Part shown: one piece after another, positions 27,501 through 36,246 of the stretch
Layout of the letters: the number at the start of each line of letters is the position of its first letter
Position numbering within the stretch: the stretch's first letter is position 1
NCBI GenBank assembly: GCA_964389675.1
Contig: CAYMEV010000002.1
Location: forward strand, 1-64,000
Source: an uncultured Candidatus Sumerlaeota bacterium
Lineage (GTDB): Bacteria; CAYMEV01
Direction of reading: 5' to 3'
DNA: 64,000 bases
The notes under the pieces: generated by a model
Databases searched by the model: none
What the model saw: the letters and a program-made list of their open reading frames with translations, nothing else
Told to the model about the DNA's origin: nothing
Program-made: the position numbers and the translations under genes

Positions 27501-28877
27501 CTTTTTTATATCCTTTAAGGATTCATCAACAAGCCTTGATTTGCCGATCCCTGCTTCACCGTAGATGGATATAATCCCTGCGAATCTGTTTTCAAAAATG
27601 CTTTTGCTTATATTTTTAATTTTATCAAGTTCATGTTTTCTTCCAATGAATTCATAGGAGTATTCCTTATCCATATAATCCCCTTTTTTGCCTGAGAGCC
27701 TGTATACCTGTACAGCAGCTCTTTTTCCCTTTAATCTCCTCTTTCTCAGTGATTTAAAATTATAGGATAAGGATACCTGGTTCATTATTGATTCAGATAT
27801 GATTATGTCTCCAAACTTTGCAAGATTTACCAGCCTTGCTGATATATTGACAATATCCCCCAGGCAGGTATATGCAGACCTGAGTTTTGAGCCTAATTCT
27901 CCTGCATATACTGTTCCATTGGTAACCCCTGCTTTTATCTTATTCCCGAACTCCTTTTTAATGCTATCTATAAACCTGAAGGCTCTCTTAATATTATTGC
28001 TGTATGAAACAGGAGCACCGAAAAAAACCAGCATATTAGCATTTTTATCGCCAAAATCCAGGTGGTTGAAGTATCCACCATATAATTGGACATAGGCCAT
28101 CAGTCTGGTAATAAAAGCATTTAAGGCTGAGAATGACCGGGATTCTTCAAATGAGATAAATATGCTTATTATCTCTCGGAATTCACCATCCTGTGGCTGA
28201 TGAACTATGATATCCGGGAAAAAGGCTTCCAGAACATTAATAGGGATTGGGAATTTTTCAGGTTTAGATTCCCTTATGGAGTAATCTGATGGTTCTAATC
28301 TGTAATAACCTGGTTTAATTTCAGTGAATTTAGTTGATTTATTGCTGATCTTACTGAATAGATTAGCATCAGCTATTATCTGATTATCCCGGCACAGGTG
28401 CTCTGCTTTTGCAGACCCGTCGATTGCCTCGCCCCGGAAATAATATGCTTTAGTATTCCCGCTGCCTGCAATTCCCCACTCAATATTTCCGAAGGATAAA
28501 CCCAGCTTAACTGATAGTGAAAATAATCCAAATTTTGTGCTATAGATTTTATTTTCATTAAAAGAAGCAATGATATTAAAGGCAGAATTGCAGATATTCT
28601 GTACAGCCTCTTTACCTCGAAATATAGCAGTGAAGGCATCTCCGGCAAAACCTGAGACAAAACCTTTATTTGCATAAATTATTTCAATTAAAGGGTCAAA
28701 GACACTGTTTAAGATCCCCGAAAGGATCTCTGCACCCTCTTTATCCTTTCTCATCAGTTTTTCGGTTATACCAGTAAATCCGGTGATATCAAGAAAGAGG
28801 GAAGCGGCCTTTAATGATCCCTTTGACCTGCCTTTTTCATATTTTTCTGCAATAAATTGAGGAAGAAGGTTTTTCAT
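24546..28877 (-). CDS. sAC-like tandem class III cyclase + STAND NTPase + TPR (42-aa kinesin-light-chain-type repeats), paralogue 1
   Basis: FLDITGFT, FAGDAF, DFGDK, YTCLGDIVNISAR, GEAGIGKS, VVEDIH and GNPF motifs; HPDTA-type repeats. Confidence 0.92.
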   Translation of the reverse strand: MKNLLPQFIAEKYEKGRSKGSLKAASLFLDITGFTGITEKLMRKDKEGAEILSGILNSVFDPLIEIIYANKGFVSGFAGDAFTAIFRGKEAVQNICNSAFNIIASFNENKIYSTKFGLFSLSVKLGLSFGNIEWGIAGSGNTKAYYFRGEAIDGSAKAEHLCRDNQIIADANLFSKISNKSTKFTEIKPGYYRLEPSDYSIRESKPEKFPIPINVLEAFFPDIIVHQPQDGEFREIISIFISFEESRSFSALNAFITRLMAYVQLYGGYFNHLDFGDKNANMLVFFGAPVSYSNNIKRAFRFIDSIKKEFGNKIKAGVTNGTVYAGELGSKLRSAYTCLGDIVNISARLVNLAKFGDIIISESIMNQVSLSYNFKSLRKRRLKGKRAAVQVYRLSGKKGDYMDKEYSYEFIGRKHELDKIKNISKSIFENRFAGIISIYGEAGIGKSRLVDESLKDIKKQGIINLAILQTDEFVRKSLSPFVYYFSNYFDQHKKTSLEDKRNAFEAIYSELVNKLDRIAPGNKQISELIRIKSVIASLIGLKLKDSILESISPKDIPNVTRFAVKEFFKALSCIHPLVIVVEDIHFLDKDSQGVFKVLTRMIWDFPIIIFATGRSEGNIKPILSSDKDIPRLEIDLSRLKRKETGYYVQEILKKKVDDRLFRFILEKTEGNPFYIDQFCFYLQENGLLDFSAGNISLKKKAVSHIPSKINAILISRIDRLSKDLKDTIQIAAVLGREFEIILLLELIRILTAKRALQASVRQENLGIILEKGKMERVWDALSELKYIFKHALLHEAVYEMQLKSRLRKLHELAAVSLENISSNDPTKYPEIAFHYEQSEKMEMAKKYCLLSGKESMKNYENESAIVFFNKALLLQKRINPGDISPVWEIEHSLIKAFLNKHLPEQALLKLNKFSRFFRNIPQNIQVEITTDYADSYISIGNFDAALNAVNSYISKIKSNAVHSRPYREALLLKKSDILYNKGNYSQSLEITKSILDDKLGSLPGESLEIGKLYLIIGQNLFKLTQLIECRNYMEKALDIYTKTLGRDHPDTANVIKSLGNVENMMGNYQSALDLYNQAFDIWKKTYGEKHTFMAALLESMSVNYFFLGDLNKHYKYSKKAHDINIEILGQRHWQTTGSYHSFGSANFYIGNFAKAWELYNTELEIYREHHPDGHPDESKILTNLGLVAMNTGELKQSLKLFEQSRKIILKYWGERHLDLFSNYYSTGNVYMNMKKYDEAEEYLKKAARIQKKCLGSRKHKETAMVYNNIGVIYNHRKDYKRSIKYFKKAYNIFVSLFGKIHQFNSFPLNGIAEAYNGLRQPEKALPYLQESLDIQLKTIGEDNQNTAYTYYYLGRTYLLLKNEALTEKHFNRAISIRKRLWPEGNPLLVNNIFDHAKAYKSFHKFAKALETAKYARNEAEKLKDKAYLRSINGFISRLEAKHS

Positions 28878-28990
28878 CTCTAAACATATATTATCAAGTA
28901 TAAACGATATTATAATTATTATATTTCTATTGGTAAATTATACAAAGAAAAACAAAAAGGATTGTCTGTTCTTATAAAAGGCATTTAGAT

Positions 28991-29019
28991 TTGACAGCGT
29001 GGAATAATTTTATTAGAGT
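28991..29019 (+). promoter_or_regulatory. Sigma70-type promoter
   Basis: TTGACA-17 bp-TAGAGT, ending 8 bp before the ATG at 29028. Confidence 0.5.
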
Positions 29020-29027
29020 CTAATCTG

Positions 29028-31319
29028 ATGAAAAGATCGGCCATATCTTTATTAATTATCATCTTTGGCGGTATTTTATTATGGCAGTACAGGATAAATA
29101 CTGAAAAGGCTTCTGTCATTCGAGTCAAAGATTTCTCAATCAAGGGTGAATTCCAGTATCCACTATCCCTTTCGGGCCACATTATCGAAAGAAAGCAGAT
29201 AAATTTTGGATACAGCCATTATGATAAAGACTTTAGAAGGGATTTCTACAATCTGGAAGGTATGATTTTTAGTGCTGAGCTGCCGGTTACCGGTTCAGAT
29301 AATACTGTGGATTTCTACATCAAGCGCAGGAAAAAAAAGGAATTTATAAAACTGAATGTATTTATAGATAATCATCTTATATCAAACTATATGATAGACA
29401 GTGAAATACAGAAAATAACAGTGAAATTCAGAGATAATAATATAGCTGAAGGTAAAAAGCTTCTGACCATATCATCTTCTTCCCCGAAGATGAATACCCC
29501 AGTTTCCTCCATATATGAGAAAAAGAAAGAGTTTTCTTTTATTATATCTGATCTCAATGTACAGGGATGTGACCCCAAGGCCGTTTCTCAAAGGTATAAT
29601 TATCAGAAATGGGTTTCTGACAGGTACTTTATCCCAAACAATGCCTCTGCAACTTTTGATCTGTTTCCCATGGACAATCCATATCTGTTCTTTTCATACC
29701 ATATTAAGGATATAAATCATGAAGATCTCGAAATACCCGGGGATTTTTCAGTAAGTATAAATGCATTCCATAAAAACAGAAGCAAGGTGATTAAATCATA
29801 TAATCATCGAACGGACATTGGGTTTCAGATGGCGCTTATTCCTCTTGAAAAGGACTATGACAGAATTGAAATAGCTTATAAAAGTAAATGTCCGGATAAA
29901 TTTCTTGCGGTTGGAAATATTATGATTCTAAGCAGGACAGAAAGAAGCAGTAAAAGGGATATATTTCTTATCTGCGCTGACACATTAAGAAGGGATCATC
30001 TGGGGGTTTACGGCTATAACAGGGATGTTTCACCAAATATCGATAATTTTTCAGAAGATGCTGTAGTTTTTTCAGAAGCAGTATCATGTTCATCCTGGAC
30101 TGTCCCTGCTGCCTTCTGTCACTATATCGGCCAGTATCCATTCAGGCATTCCTATGAATGGGGATATAATATGCTGATTCCGGATTCCTGCAGTTCAGCA
30201 GTAGAATCGTTTCAGAATGCTGATTTTATTACCATTGGCTTGTTCGCTAATCCTATATTATCAGATAAATCAGGCTATGCTGAAGGTTTTGACCTTTTTT
30301 ATGAAAATGACAGATATGACAGGATACTGGGATCAGAGATAACGGAATCAGCAATTGATGTTCTGGATATCCTTGGTGATTTTAATTTGTTTGTCAATCT
30401 ATGGTACTTTGACCCTCACGCTACCTATGACCCTCCTGGCCTTTTCAGCGGAAATTATGTATTTCAGGGGGATAGGGACGATTATCTTAAAATCAGGGAG
30501 GTCCATGAGAAAGTAATAAACGGATATGATGAGGATACAATCACAGAAAATGTAGATACACTTATTGACCAGTATGACAGCGAAATACAATATCTTGACA
30601 TGTGCCTGGGAGAGCTGTTCAGTTACCTGAAAAGCAGTCAGTTATATGATGGCTCCATCATAGCGTTTTTTTCCGATCACGGTGAAGAATTCTATGAGCA
30701 TAAGAACCTCGATCACAGCCATGCATTATTTGATGAATCCATAAATATCCCCCTTATCTTTAAGTTTCCTGGTAATGATAATAAAGGGGCTGTTATGGAT
30801 AATCCAGTGAATATAACAGACATATTTCCCACGATCTGGGATATTATGCAGATGGAAAGGATGGATGGCTATAAGCTGGGGCAGAACCTTACAAATCAGG
30901 ACTATGACAGGCTTTTAATTGCTACTTCTTCCCGTATAAGCCCGATGAAGATAATGTTGAAAAAGAATAACAGGAAATATATAAGGTTTTATAAGGAATT
31001 TAATTATATCTATGAAAATCATTTTAAGAAGGGCAAAACTGATTTTTTTGCCAGATTGAGCAGGTATAACTCCCGAATCCATCCAAAAATCCTGTATTTT
31101 GACCTTGATAAAAATCCTGGAGAAAAATTTTCGGAAAACAAAGAATCAGGATCAGACAGATTTAAGCAGTATTTTAAAAGCACCCTTAAGGGTATGGAAA
31201 ACAGTCTATTGAATATGTACAGTATTGGCAGACTCGGTGATGAAGTTGAGGGGGAAGTTCAGCTTGAAATCGATCCTGAGCTTGTGGATGCACTAAAATC
31301 CCTTGGATACATTAATTAG
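29028..31319 (+). CDS. Membrane-anchored sulfatase-like (alkaline phosphatase superfamily) hydrolase/transferase
   Basis: ADTLRRDHLGVYGY, WTVPA, DPHATY and SDHGE motifs; C-terminal LKSLGY. Confidence 0.82.
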   Translation: MKRSAISLLIIIFGGILLWQYRINTEKASVIRVKDFSIKGEFQYPLSLSGHIIERKQINFGYSHYDKDFRRDFYNLEGMIFSAELPVTGSDNTVDFYIKRRKKKEFIKLNVFIDNHLISNYMIDSEIQKITVKFRDNNIAEGKKLLTISSSSPKMNTPVSSIYEKKKEFSFIISDLNVQGCDPKAVSQRYNYQKWVSDRYFIPNNASATFDLFPMDNPYLFFSYHIKDINHEDLEIPGDFSVSINAFHKNRSKVIKSYNHRTDIGFQMALIPLEKDYDRIEIAYKSKCPDKFLAVGNIMILSRTERSSKRDIFLICADTLRRDHLGVYGYNRDVSPNIDNFSEDAVVFSEAVSCSSWTVPAAFCHYIGQYPFRHSYEWGYNMLIPDSCSSAVESFQNADFITIGLFANPILSDKSGYAEGFDLFYENDRYDRILGSEITESAIDVLDILGDFNLFVNLWYFDPHATYDPPGLFSGNYVFQGDRDDYLKIREVHEKVINGYDEDTITENVDTLIDQYDSEIQYLDMCLGELFSYLKSSQLYDGSIIAFFSDHGEEFYEHKNLDHSHALFDESINIPLIFKFPGNDNKGAVMDNPVNITDIFPTIWDIMQMERMDGYKLGQNLTNQDYDRLLIATSSRISPMKIMLKKNNRKYIRFYKEFNYIYENHFKKGKTDFFARLSRYNSRIHPKILYFDLDKNPGEKFSENKESGSDRFKQYFKSTLKGMENSLLNMYSIGRLGDEVEGEVQLEIDPELVDALKSLGYIN

Positions 31320-31359
31320 GTAAAACTATTATATAAATCGGTACTGTTTTTCGGATTAA

Positions 31360-33498
31360 TTATTCATTGATGCCGAATCTGTCGAGAATATATGCAAACT
31401 GGAAGGCTAAATCCCTGTACCAGCCATACCTTCCTGTAGACCCGAAATGGCCTGATCCCATATTTGTCTTGAGCAGTATAATGTTATCGTCAGTTTTCAG
31501 ATCTCTCAGTTTTGCTGTGAATTTTGCCGGTTCCCAGTAGCCTACCCTTGGGTCATTATACCCGGCTGTAATCAGCATGTCAGGGTAATCCTGCCTTCGT
31601 ATATTCTGATAAGGGCAGTAGCTTTTTATATAGTTAAAGTATTTCCTATCATTAGGATTGCCCCATTCCTCATATTCTGCAACTGTAAGTGGCAGGTCAG
31701 CGTCCAGCATTGTATTTAGCACATCAACAAAGGGAACCTCTGCAATAACAGCACAAAAGAGCTCTGGAGAAATATTAGCGACAGCTCCCACGACCTGTCC
31801 TCCTGCACTGATGCCATGTATAATAATATTACCCCTGGATGAGTATTTCTGTCTTATCAGGTACCGGGCGGAAGCAATAAGGTCATTGAACGTGTTTTTC
31901 CTTTTAAGCAGCCTGCCATCTTCATACCAGTCTGTTCCAAGCTCGCCGCCTCCTCTTATGTGAGCTATGGCATATATCAATCCCCTGTCAATAAGAGAGA
32001 TATATTCGGATGAAAACTCAACATCGCTAATTGACCCGTAAGAGCCGTAAGAATAGAGCAAAAGCGGTGAACTGCCGTCTCTGGCAAACATATCCCTTTT
32101 ATATACAAGGGAGACAGGTATCTTTATATCAGGATCATCCATGCTTTCTGCCCATATTCTTTCAGTCTCATAAAGTTCCTTGTCGTACCCGCCTAGTATC
32201 TCTTCCTGCTTCAGCAGGGTGTTCTGATTAAGGTTCATATTATGGTCATAGACAGAATCAGGGCTTATGAAGGATGTATATTCAAAACGGAAGGTATCAG
32301 TGTCTGCTTCCCAGTTATCACCTGCAAAAACTGAATAAACCTCTTCAGGAAATTCTATATAGTGTTCTTCTCCGGTCTCAGCATCAATTACGCGAAATTT
32401 CCTGAGGCTGTCTTCCAGAATCTGAAGGACAATATGATCTGAAAATAAAATGATTCCTTCAATCATTATTCTTCTGTCGTGAGGAATGTATTCAGCCCAG
32501 TCTTTATGTGAACAGAGGTTCTTTTCATTTGTTTTCATGATCTTTCTATATTTTGCATTCTCATTTGTCAGGATATAAAAGCTTTCATTTATGTGGTCCA
32601 CTGAATAATATATATCCTTTCTTCTTTGTGCAATTAGCTGGAAATCCCCAAAAGGATCGTTAGAATCAAGATAATAATACTCGCTTGTCGTATTGCTTGA
32701 ACTGCTCAATAATAAGTATTTTTCACTGCGGGTTTTGGATATTGAAACATAAAATGAATCATTTTCCTCATAAAAAACAAGCTTATCAGTCTCAGGTGAT
32801 TGCCCGACTGAGTGCAAGTAAATCCTGTCGCTTCTCTGAGTATCATTAACTGTGCTGTAGAATATCAGCTCATTATTGCTGCCCCATGCTATGTCATCTG
32901 CATTTTTAATCACATCATCAAGCAGTTCATTGCTTTCAAGATCCTTTATGAAAAGGGTATATGCTTCTGAACCGTCTGTATCGAGTGTATAGGCAAGCAG
33001 AGTGTGGTCCGGGCTTAAAAGGGTTGTACCAAGTTCAAGGTATTCATGCTGATCTGCATATTCATTAAGATCAAGCAGTATTTCCTCCTCCGAATCAAGG
33101 CTCTGGTATTTTCTGCAGAATATTGAATAGTCCTTGTTCTTTTCTGTCCTGTAATAATAAAAGTAATCATCCTTTTTTGCAGGAACGGTGGTATCATCCT
33201 CTTTCAGCCTGGATATCATTTCATTGTAGAGCTTATCCTGGAGAGGCTCTGTCTGCTTCATCATTTCTTGCGTATAGATGTTCTCTGTCTCAAGATATTT
33301 AATGACATCAGGATTTTCTTTTTCTCTCAGCCAGAAGTAATCATCTGTAATAATGCAGTCATTTATAAGTGATGTTTTTTTAACCTTTTCTGCTATAGGG
33401 GGTGAAATCAGCGTTTTTTGTACAGAACAGCAAATACATATGAATACAGGCAAAAATGCGATAAGCAGCAGAGAGCCGTATTTTTTAAGAGTGTCCAT
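31360..33498 (-). CDS. ptrB: Oligopeptidase B (S9A), exported
   Basis: DDYFWLR, HIRGGGELG, GISAGG, NDPRV and GHFG motifs; hydrophobic N-terminus; ATG after GGAGG (ORF track starts at TTG 33516). Confidence 0.9.
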   Translation of the reverse strand: MDTLKKYGSLLLIAFLPVFICICCSVQKTLISPPIAEKVKKTSLINDCIITDDYFWLREKENPDVIKYLETENIYTQEMMKQTEPLQDKLYNEMISRLKEDDTTVPAKKDDYFYYYRTEKNKDYSIFCRKYQSLDSEEEILLDLNEYADQHEYLELGTTLLSPDHTLLAYTLDTDGSEAYTLFIKDLESNELLDDVIKNADDIAWGSNNELIFYSTVNDTQRSDRIYLHSVGQSPETDKLVFYEENDSFYVSISKTRSEKYLLLSSSSNTTSEYYYLDSNDPFGDFQLIAQRRKDIYYSVDHINESFYILTNENAKYRKIMKTNEKNLCSHKDWAEYIPHDRRIMIEGIILFSDHIVLQILEDSLRKFRVIDAETGEEHYIEFPEEVYSVFAGDNWEADTDTFRFEYTSFISPDSVYDHNMNLNQNTLLKQEEILGGYDKELYETERIWAESMDDPDIKIPVSLVYKRDMFARDGSSPLLLYSYGSYGSISDVEFSSEYISLIDRGLIYAIAHIRGGGELGTDWYEDGRLLKRKNTFNDLIASARYLIRQKYSSRGNIIIHGISAGGQVVGAVANISPELFCAVIAEVPFVDVLNTMLDADLPLTVAEYEEWGNPNDRKYFNYIKSYCPYQNIRRQDYPDMLITAGYNDPRVGYWEPAKFTAKLRDLKTDDNIILLKTNMGSGHFGSTGRYGWYRDLAFQFAYILDRFGINE

Positions 33499-33710
33499 TA
33501 AGCCGTAATCCTCCAAAAATTATTATAAATCCTATCTTTTACCTTTAGGATTTTTTGTCAATTAATATAGGATTTATTATGGCCAGAACCAGGACCTGCC
33601 CATTGAATTTTATTTCTTGTCTATGCGGTTGATTAAAGCAGTAAGCCAGACAGCAGACATGCCTGGTAAATGGATTAAAATATAAAAAAAATGGGATTGA
33701 TTATTAAGTT

Positions 33711-34982
33711 TTATGAAAGCATGCCGTTTACCAGGCTGAGCATCATTCTGGGATTTCCCAGCAGAACCCCTGAGTGCCTTAATAGAAGAGCAGGGAGTTT
33801 CCTGGCAAAATGCCAGTGCAGGTCTTTGTTAATTCTCCTGACACCCGTTTCTAATTCAGCTGGCGACATTTGATTGGGTTTGAACATGGCATTTGCCCAC
33901 CCATAGTGAGACCTGTCCAGATCGGTAAGAAGCCTGCCCTCTCTTTTAAATTGCTCATAGATCGGAGTGCCCGGGTACAGGGTCAGAATATAAAAATGGG
34001 CATAATCGACCTGCATTTTTTTTATAGCATGGACAGTATTATCAAATACATTCCTGCTGTCCGTATCAAATCCGAATATGAAAAATCCGGTGACTGATAT
34101 TCTCCTTGAATGGAGCTTTTTTATGATTTCCTTATAATCTTCAACCTTGTTCTGGTGTATAGATGCCCATTCCAGAGATCTCGGGTTGACTGTCTGAAAT
34201 CCCATTTGAACATAAAAGCATCCGGATCTTGCCATAATATCAAGAAGTTCTTTATTTCTGGCTATAGTAGTTGGTGCCTGTACAGACCATTTCTTCTTCA
34301 GTGGGATTATCCTTTCAAAAAGCTTTATGGCATAGTCTTCATCTGCAAAAAGGTTGTCATCCACGAAGAATACTATTTTCTGTTTTAAGCCCTTCATCTC
34401 CTCATAGACCAGGTCTATGTCACGCTTACGGTATGAAGACCAGGGCACCTGGGGCAGATAACAGTATGCGCAGGTATTAGGGCATCCGCGTGTGGCCTGG
34501 ATACAGGCAAACCATGACTGTTCATTAAGAAGATCTCTGCGCGGGATAGGCACATCATTCATATCTACAGGAGCGGGGTTGCTGTATACCTCTTTAATTC
34601 TGCCGTTCAATGCATCATCAAGTACTTCTTTCCATACATATTCACCTTCGCCAATAACCACTGCATCTGAATGTTTAAGGCATTCCTCCGGCATAAGGCT
34701 TGGATGGGGGCCTCCGAAAATGATCTTTGATCCATTTTTGCGGAACCTGTCTGCAATGTCATAGGCCCGTTGAGAAGTAAAAGTAGTAACCGTAATCCCT
34801 ACCAGGTCAAAATGGTCTTTATAAGGGATTGTATCCCAGTCTCCATCAATTATCTCAATATCATGGCCCTGCGATAGAGAAGCAAGTATTCCCAGATTAA
34901 GAGGCGTGAACTTCACACGGTTCAGGATGCTGTAAACACCCTTCTTTATGAACCATGGTGGTTTTAACAGCAGTATCTTCAT
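33711..34982 (-). CDS. Cobalamin-binding (class B) radical SAM protein
   Basis: N-terminal B12-binding region (PLNLGILAS...GGPHPS); RGCPNTCAYC, FVDDN, GFDTD and YPGT motifs; ATGA overlap with the upstream gene. Confidence 0.9.
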   Translation of the reverse strand: MKILLLKPPWFIKKGVYSILNRVKFTPLNLGILASLSQGHDIEIIDGDWDTIPYKDHFDLVGITVTTFTSQRAYDIADRFRKNGSKIIFGGPHPSLMPEECLKHSDAVVIGEGEYVWKEVLDDALNGRIKEVYSNPAPVDMNDVPIPRRDLLNEQSWFACIQATRGCPNTCAYCYLPQVPWSSYRKRDIDLVYEEMKGLKQKIVFFVDDNLFADEDYAIKLFERIIPLKKKWSVQAPTTIARNKELLDIMARSGCFYVQMGFQTVNPRSLEWASIHQNKVEDYKEIIKKLHSRRISVTGFFIFGFDTDSRNVFDNTVHAIKKMQVDYAHFYILTLYPGTPIYEQFKREGRLLTDLDRSHYGWANAMFKPNQMSPAELETGVRRINKDLHWHFARKLPALLLRHSGVLLGNPRMMLSLVNGMLS

Positions 34983-36118
34983 TTTTTGAATAACAGGCTC
35001 CATGGTTCATGGGAGGTAATAAAATCCAGGAATATGCCGGTATTTTTATTCTGTAATCCCTCATATTCAGATACAGTAGATTCATCAACGGGCTCAAAGA
35101 AGCAGTTAGGGTCCTCTGCAAGGTAGTCCCCTGTTTTATAATACGCTACTGCCCTGCACCCCCCGCATGTGTGCTTATATCTGCAGATGCCGCATTTCCC
35201 TTTCAGTTTGTCGCGATTGCGAAGTGATATCAATATATCGTTTGTATGAAGTATCTCAAGCAATGGCTTTTGTCTTACATTTCCGCAGTGGACATCACTG
35301 TCAAGCATCTGTACACAAGGAGCAACATCCCCTTCAGCGTTTATACCGACAAAACCCTTAGCTGCCTGGCATCCAAGCTGACCTATTGATACATCCATTT
35401 CTTCCTGCTTCTGGTTTATATATTCAGGGCCTGCAAAAAAGGGGGTATAGCTGACATAACTGTAGGCATAATTCCTCAGTACAGGGTGGATGATGTTCTG
35501 GAAATCATCCCTGTCCAGGCTTAGCTCCGGGTAGTTTTTCCCCATCCCCCTTGGTACAAAAGGAGAACGTAGAACCGGGACACCCTGTGATTTTAATATA
35601 TCAATTGTTCTTTCTAATGTTTTCAGGTTTTTTTTGCTGATTGTGACTATGAAGAAAAAATTGAGATTTTTTTTAAGGCAGAGTTTTGCAGCTTTTATAA
35701 CTGTACTTAAGCCGTCATTTCTTGACCACTTGTGTATTTTCTTTTCAATCGAGTTCAGTGAGAAGACAAATATTACCTTATTTTCTGTTTTATCCCTGAT
35801 CTTTTCAAGCATTTTCCTGTTCAGGAGGGTGGCATTAGTATTTATAAATGAATACATGCCTTTTTGGGAAGTGTATTCCAGTATTTCCAGCGCATCATGC
35901 CTCAGGAGGAATTCACCGCCGGAAAAGGCCATGGCAGGATGCGAGCAGTACTCAGCTATTTCGTCAATGATCAGTCTCTTGATTTCCCCTGTTGAAAGCT
36001 CATTTTGACCTGGTCTGCTTTTTGCCTCTGTCATACAGTAAGGGCATGAGAGATTGCATTGGCGCGTAGTCTCAAAGTAACAGAGGAAAAACCTCTTCTT
36101 TTCTGTCGGCATTTTCAT
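34979..36118 (-). CDS. Radical SAM/SPASM protein (NirJ/AhbD/peptide-maturase-like)
   Basis: CNLSCPYC, SGGE, GCQAA...GDVAPC and CGICRYKHTCGGCRA...C motifs; start at MKMPT after an AAAGGA RBS. Confidence 0.9.
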   Translation of the reverse strand: MKMPTEKKRFFLCYFETTRQCNLSCPYCMTEAKSRPGQNELSTGEIKRLIIDEIAEYCSHPAMAFSGGEFLLRHDALEILEYTSQKGMYSFINTNATLLNRKMLEKIRDKTENKVIFVFSLNSIEKKIHKWSRNDGLSTVIKAAKLCLKKNLNFFFIVTISKKNLKTLERTIDILKSQGVPVLRSPFVPRGMGKNYPELSLDRDDFQNIIHPVLRNYAYSYVSYTPFFAGPEYINQKQEEMDVSIGQLGCQAAKGFVGINAEGDVAPCVQMLDSDVHCGNVRQKPLLEILHTNDILISLRNRDKLKGKCGICRYKHTCGGCRAVAYYKTGDYLAEDPNCFFEPVDESTVSEYEGLQNKNTGIFLDFITSHEPWSLLFKK

Positions 36119-36150
36119 GGTTCCTTTAACATTGGTGAACTTTCGTCGGA

Positions 36151-36179
36151 ATAATACAATGATTGATGGCATTCTTCAA
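36151..36179 (-). promoter_or_regulatory. Sigma70-type promoter of the radical SAM pair
   Basis: Minus strand TTGAAG-17 bp-TATTAT. Confidence 0.5.
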
Positions 36180-36246
36180 GAAAAAAATATGGATAATATG
36201 TTTGCAATCGGGATTTTATGAATTAAAATGAAAGAAAAATTATAGG

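Noticed and set aside
33577-33660. Tiny minus-strand ORFs (MSAVWLTALINRIDKK; MGRSWFWP) as RiPP precursors for the radical SAM pair
   Set aside because: No RBS, too short for leader plus core, and expected by chance.
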